NCBI RefSeq assembly: GCF_038025025.1
Contig: NW_027117344.1
Coordinates: 1,612,001 to 1,676,000 of the forward strand
From: Phyllosticta citribraziliensis
Taxonomy: Eukaryota
Direction: 5' to 3'
DNA: 64,000 nt
A program made the position numbers and the translations under genes. This document shows, piece by piece, positions 63,297 to 64,000 of this stretch (position 1 is the stretch's first letter; every line of letters begins with the position of its first letter). The notes beneath the pieces are model-generated. The model was not told the DNA's origin. It did not search any database and saw only the letters and a list, made by a program, of their open reading frames with translations.

Positions 63297-64000
63297 ATGT
63301 CCGAGTATCGCTTCGACGAGGGCTTGCGCCGTGCGCGCACCACCCGCACTAGAGAGCCCGAGTATGTTGAAGAAACCTACGTTCAGCGCGGAAACGCCCC
63401 TGCCCAGCGTGAGCTCGTCTACAGAGGCCCACGCGATGACAGCATCGAAGACATTCCGCGCGACTTCCCCCCGCCAGGCGCTGAGTACCGCAGGACCAAA
63501 GTGCGCGAAAACTACGGCCCGCCCATCAGACGCGCCCGCTCCGTCGGTCGCCGCGACTATTACGACGACGAGTACAACGACGACTACTACCCTCCTCGTG
63601 GCCGCCCCCACCGCGAAGACGCTTATTACTCTGACGAGTATGATCGCCCCCCGCGTCGGGAGCGTCGCAAGTCTCGCGTCGAGGGCTTCCTCGAAGACGC
63701 CGGCCTGGGAGGTATCGTTGGCACCGTCCTTGGCAAATCCCGCAGCAAGAGCAGAGATCGCAGCCGCGGTCGCGAGGACAGGTACGACCACCGTGATCGC
63801 TACGACAGCCGGAGCCGCAGCCGCGGTCGTCACGGCAAGTCTGAGCGCAAGTGGCAGCAAGCCGCTCAAGCAGCTCTGGTCGCCGGTGCAGTCGAGGCAT
63901 TCCGCAGCCGCAAGGACCCAGGACCGTGGACCGGCGAAAAGGGTACCCGCATCGCAACCGCGGCCCTAGGTGCTGCTGGTATTGATGGTTTGGTTGACCG
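63297..64000 (+). CDS. Arg/Asp/Ser-rich DUF3824-like protein, 5' part (runs off the window)
   Basis: Open frame from ATG 63297: MSEYRFDE...SIEDIPRDFPPPG...RSRSRGR...QAAQAALVAGAVEAFRSRKDPGPWTGEKGTRIATAALGAAGIDG. Confidence 0.75.
   Translation, partial: MSEYRFDEGLRRARTTRTREPEYVEETYVQRGNAPAQRELVYRGPRDDSIEDIPRDFPPPGAEYRRTKVRENYGPPIRRARSVGRRDYYDDEYNDDYYPPRGRPHREDAYYSDEYDRPPRRERRKSRVEGFLEDAGLGGIVGTVLGKSRSKSRDRSRGREDRYDHRDRYDSRSRSRGRHGKSERKWQQAAQAALVAGAVEAFRSRKDPGPWTGEKGTRIATAALGAAGIDGLVD

Overview
This is gene-dense genomic DNA from a filamentous ascomycete (Pezizomycotina-like): short GT-AG introns with CTRAC/CTAAT branch sites and typical fungal housekeeping genes. About 24 protein genes can be modelled: DAD3 (3' end), a ~1050 aa disordered protein, MRE11, RSM19, TAF10, a TBF1-like factor, ARP3, a taspase-like Ntn hydrolase, an MFS transporter, TFB4, a GH35 beta-galactosidase, an SDR, a G-patch protein, DUF92/TMEM19, the divergent ATP-citrate lyase pair, a histidine-phosphatase-like membrane protein, an Rtt107/Brc1-like BRCT protein, an alpha/beta hydrolase, an ethanolamine kinase, a CLC transporter, a PET8-like mitochondrial carrier, a DUF3824-like protein (5' part) and two orphan ORFs. 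I found no tRNA, rRNA, transposon or CRISPR. The most unusual signals are non-coding and lie in abnormally long introns. One is an H/ACA-snoRNA-like double hairpin inside a GC-AG intron of the CLC gene. The other is a multi-hairpin structure in the intron of a catalytically degenerate phosphatase-like gene. All family calls come from motif recognition by eye and all exon boundaries are manual predictions.
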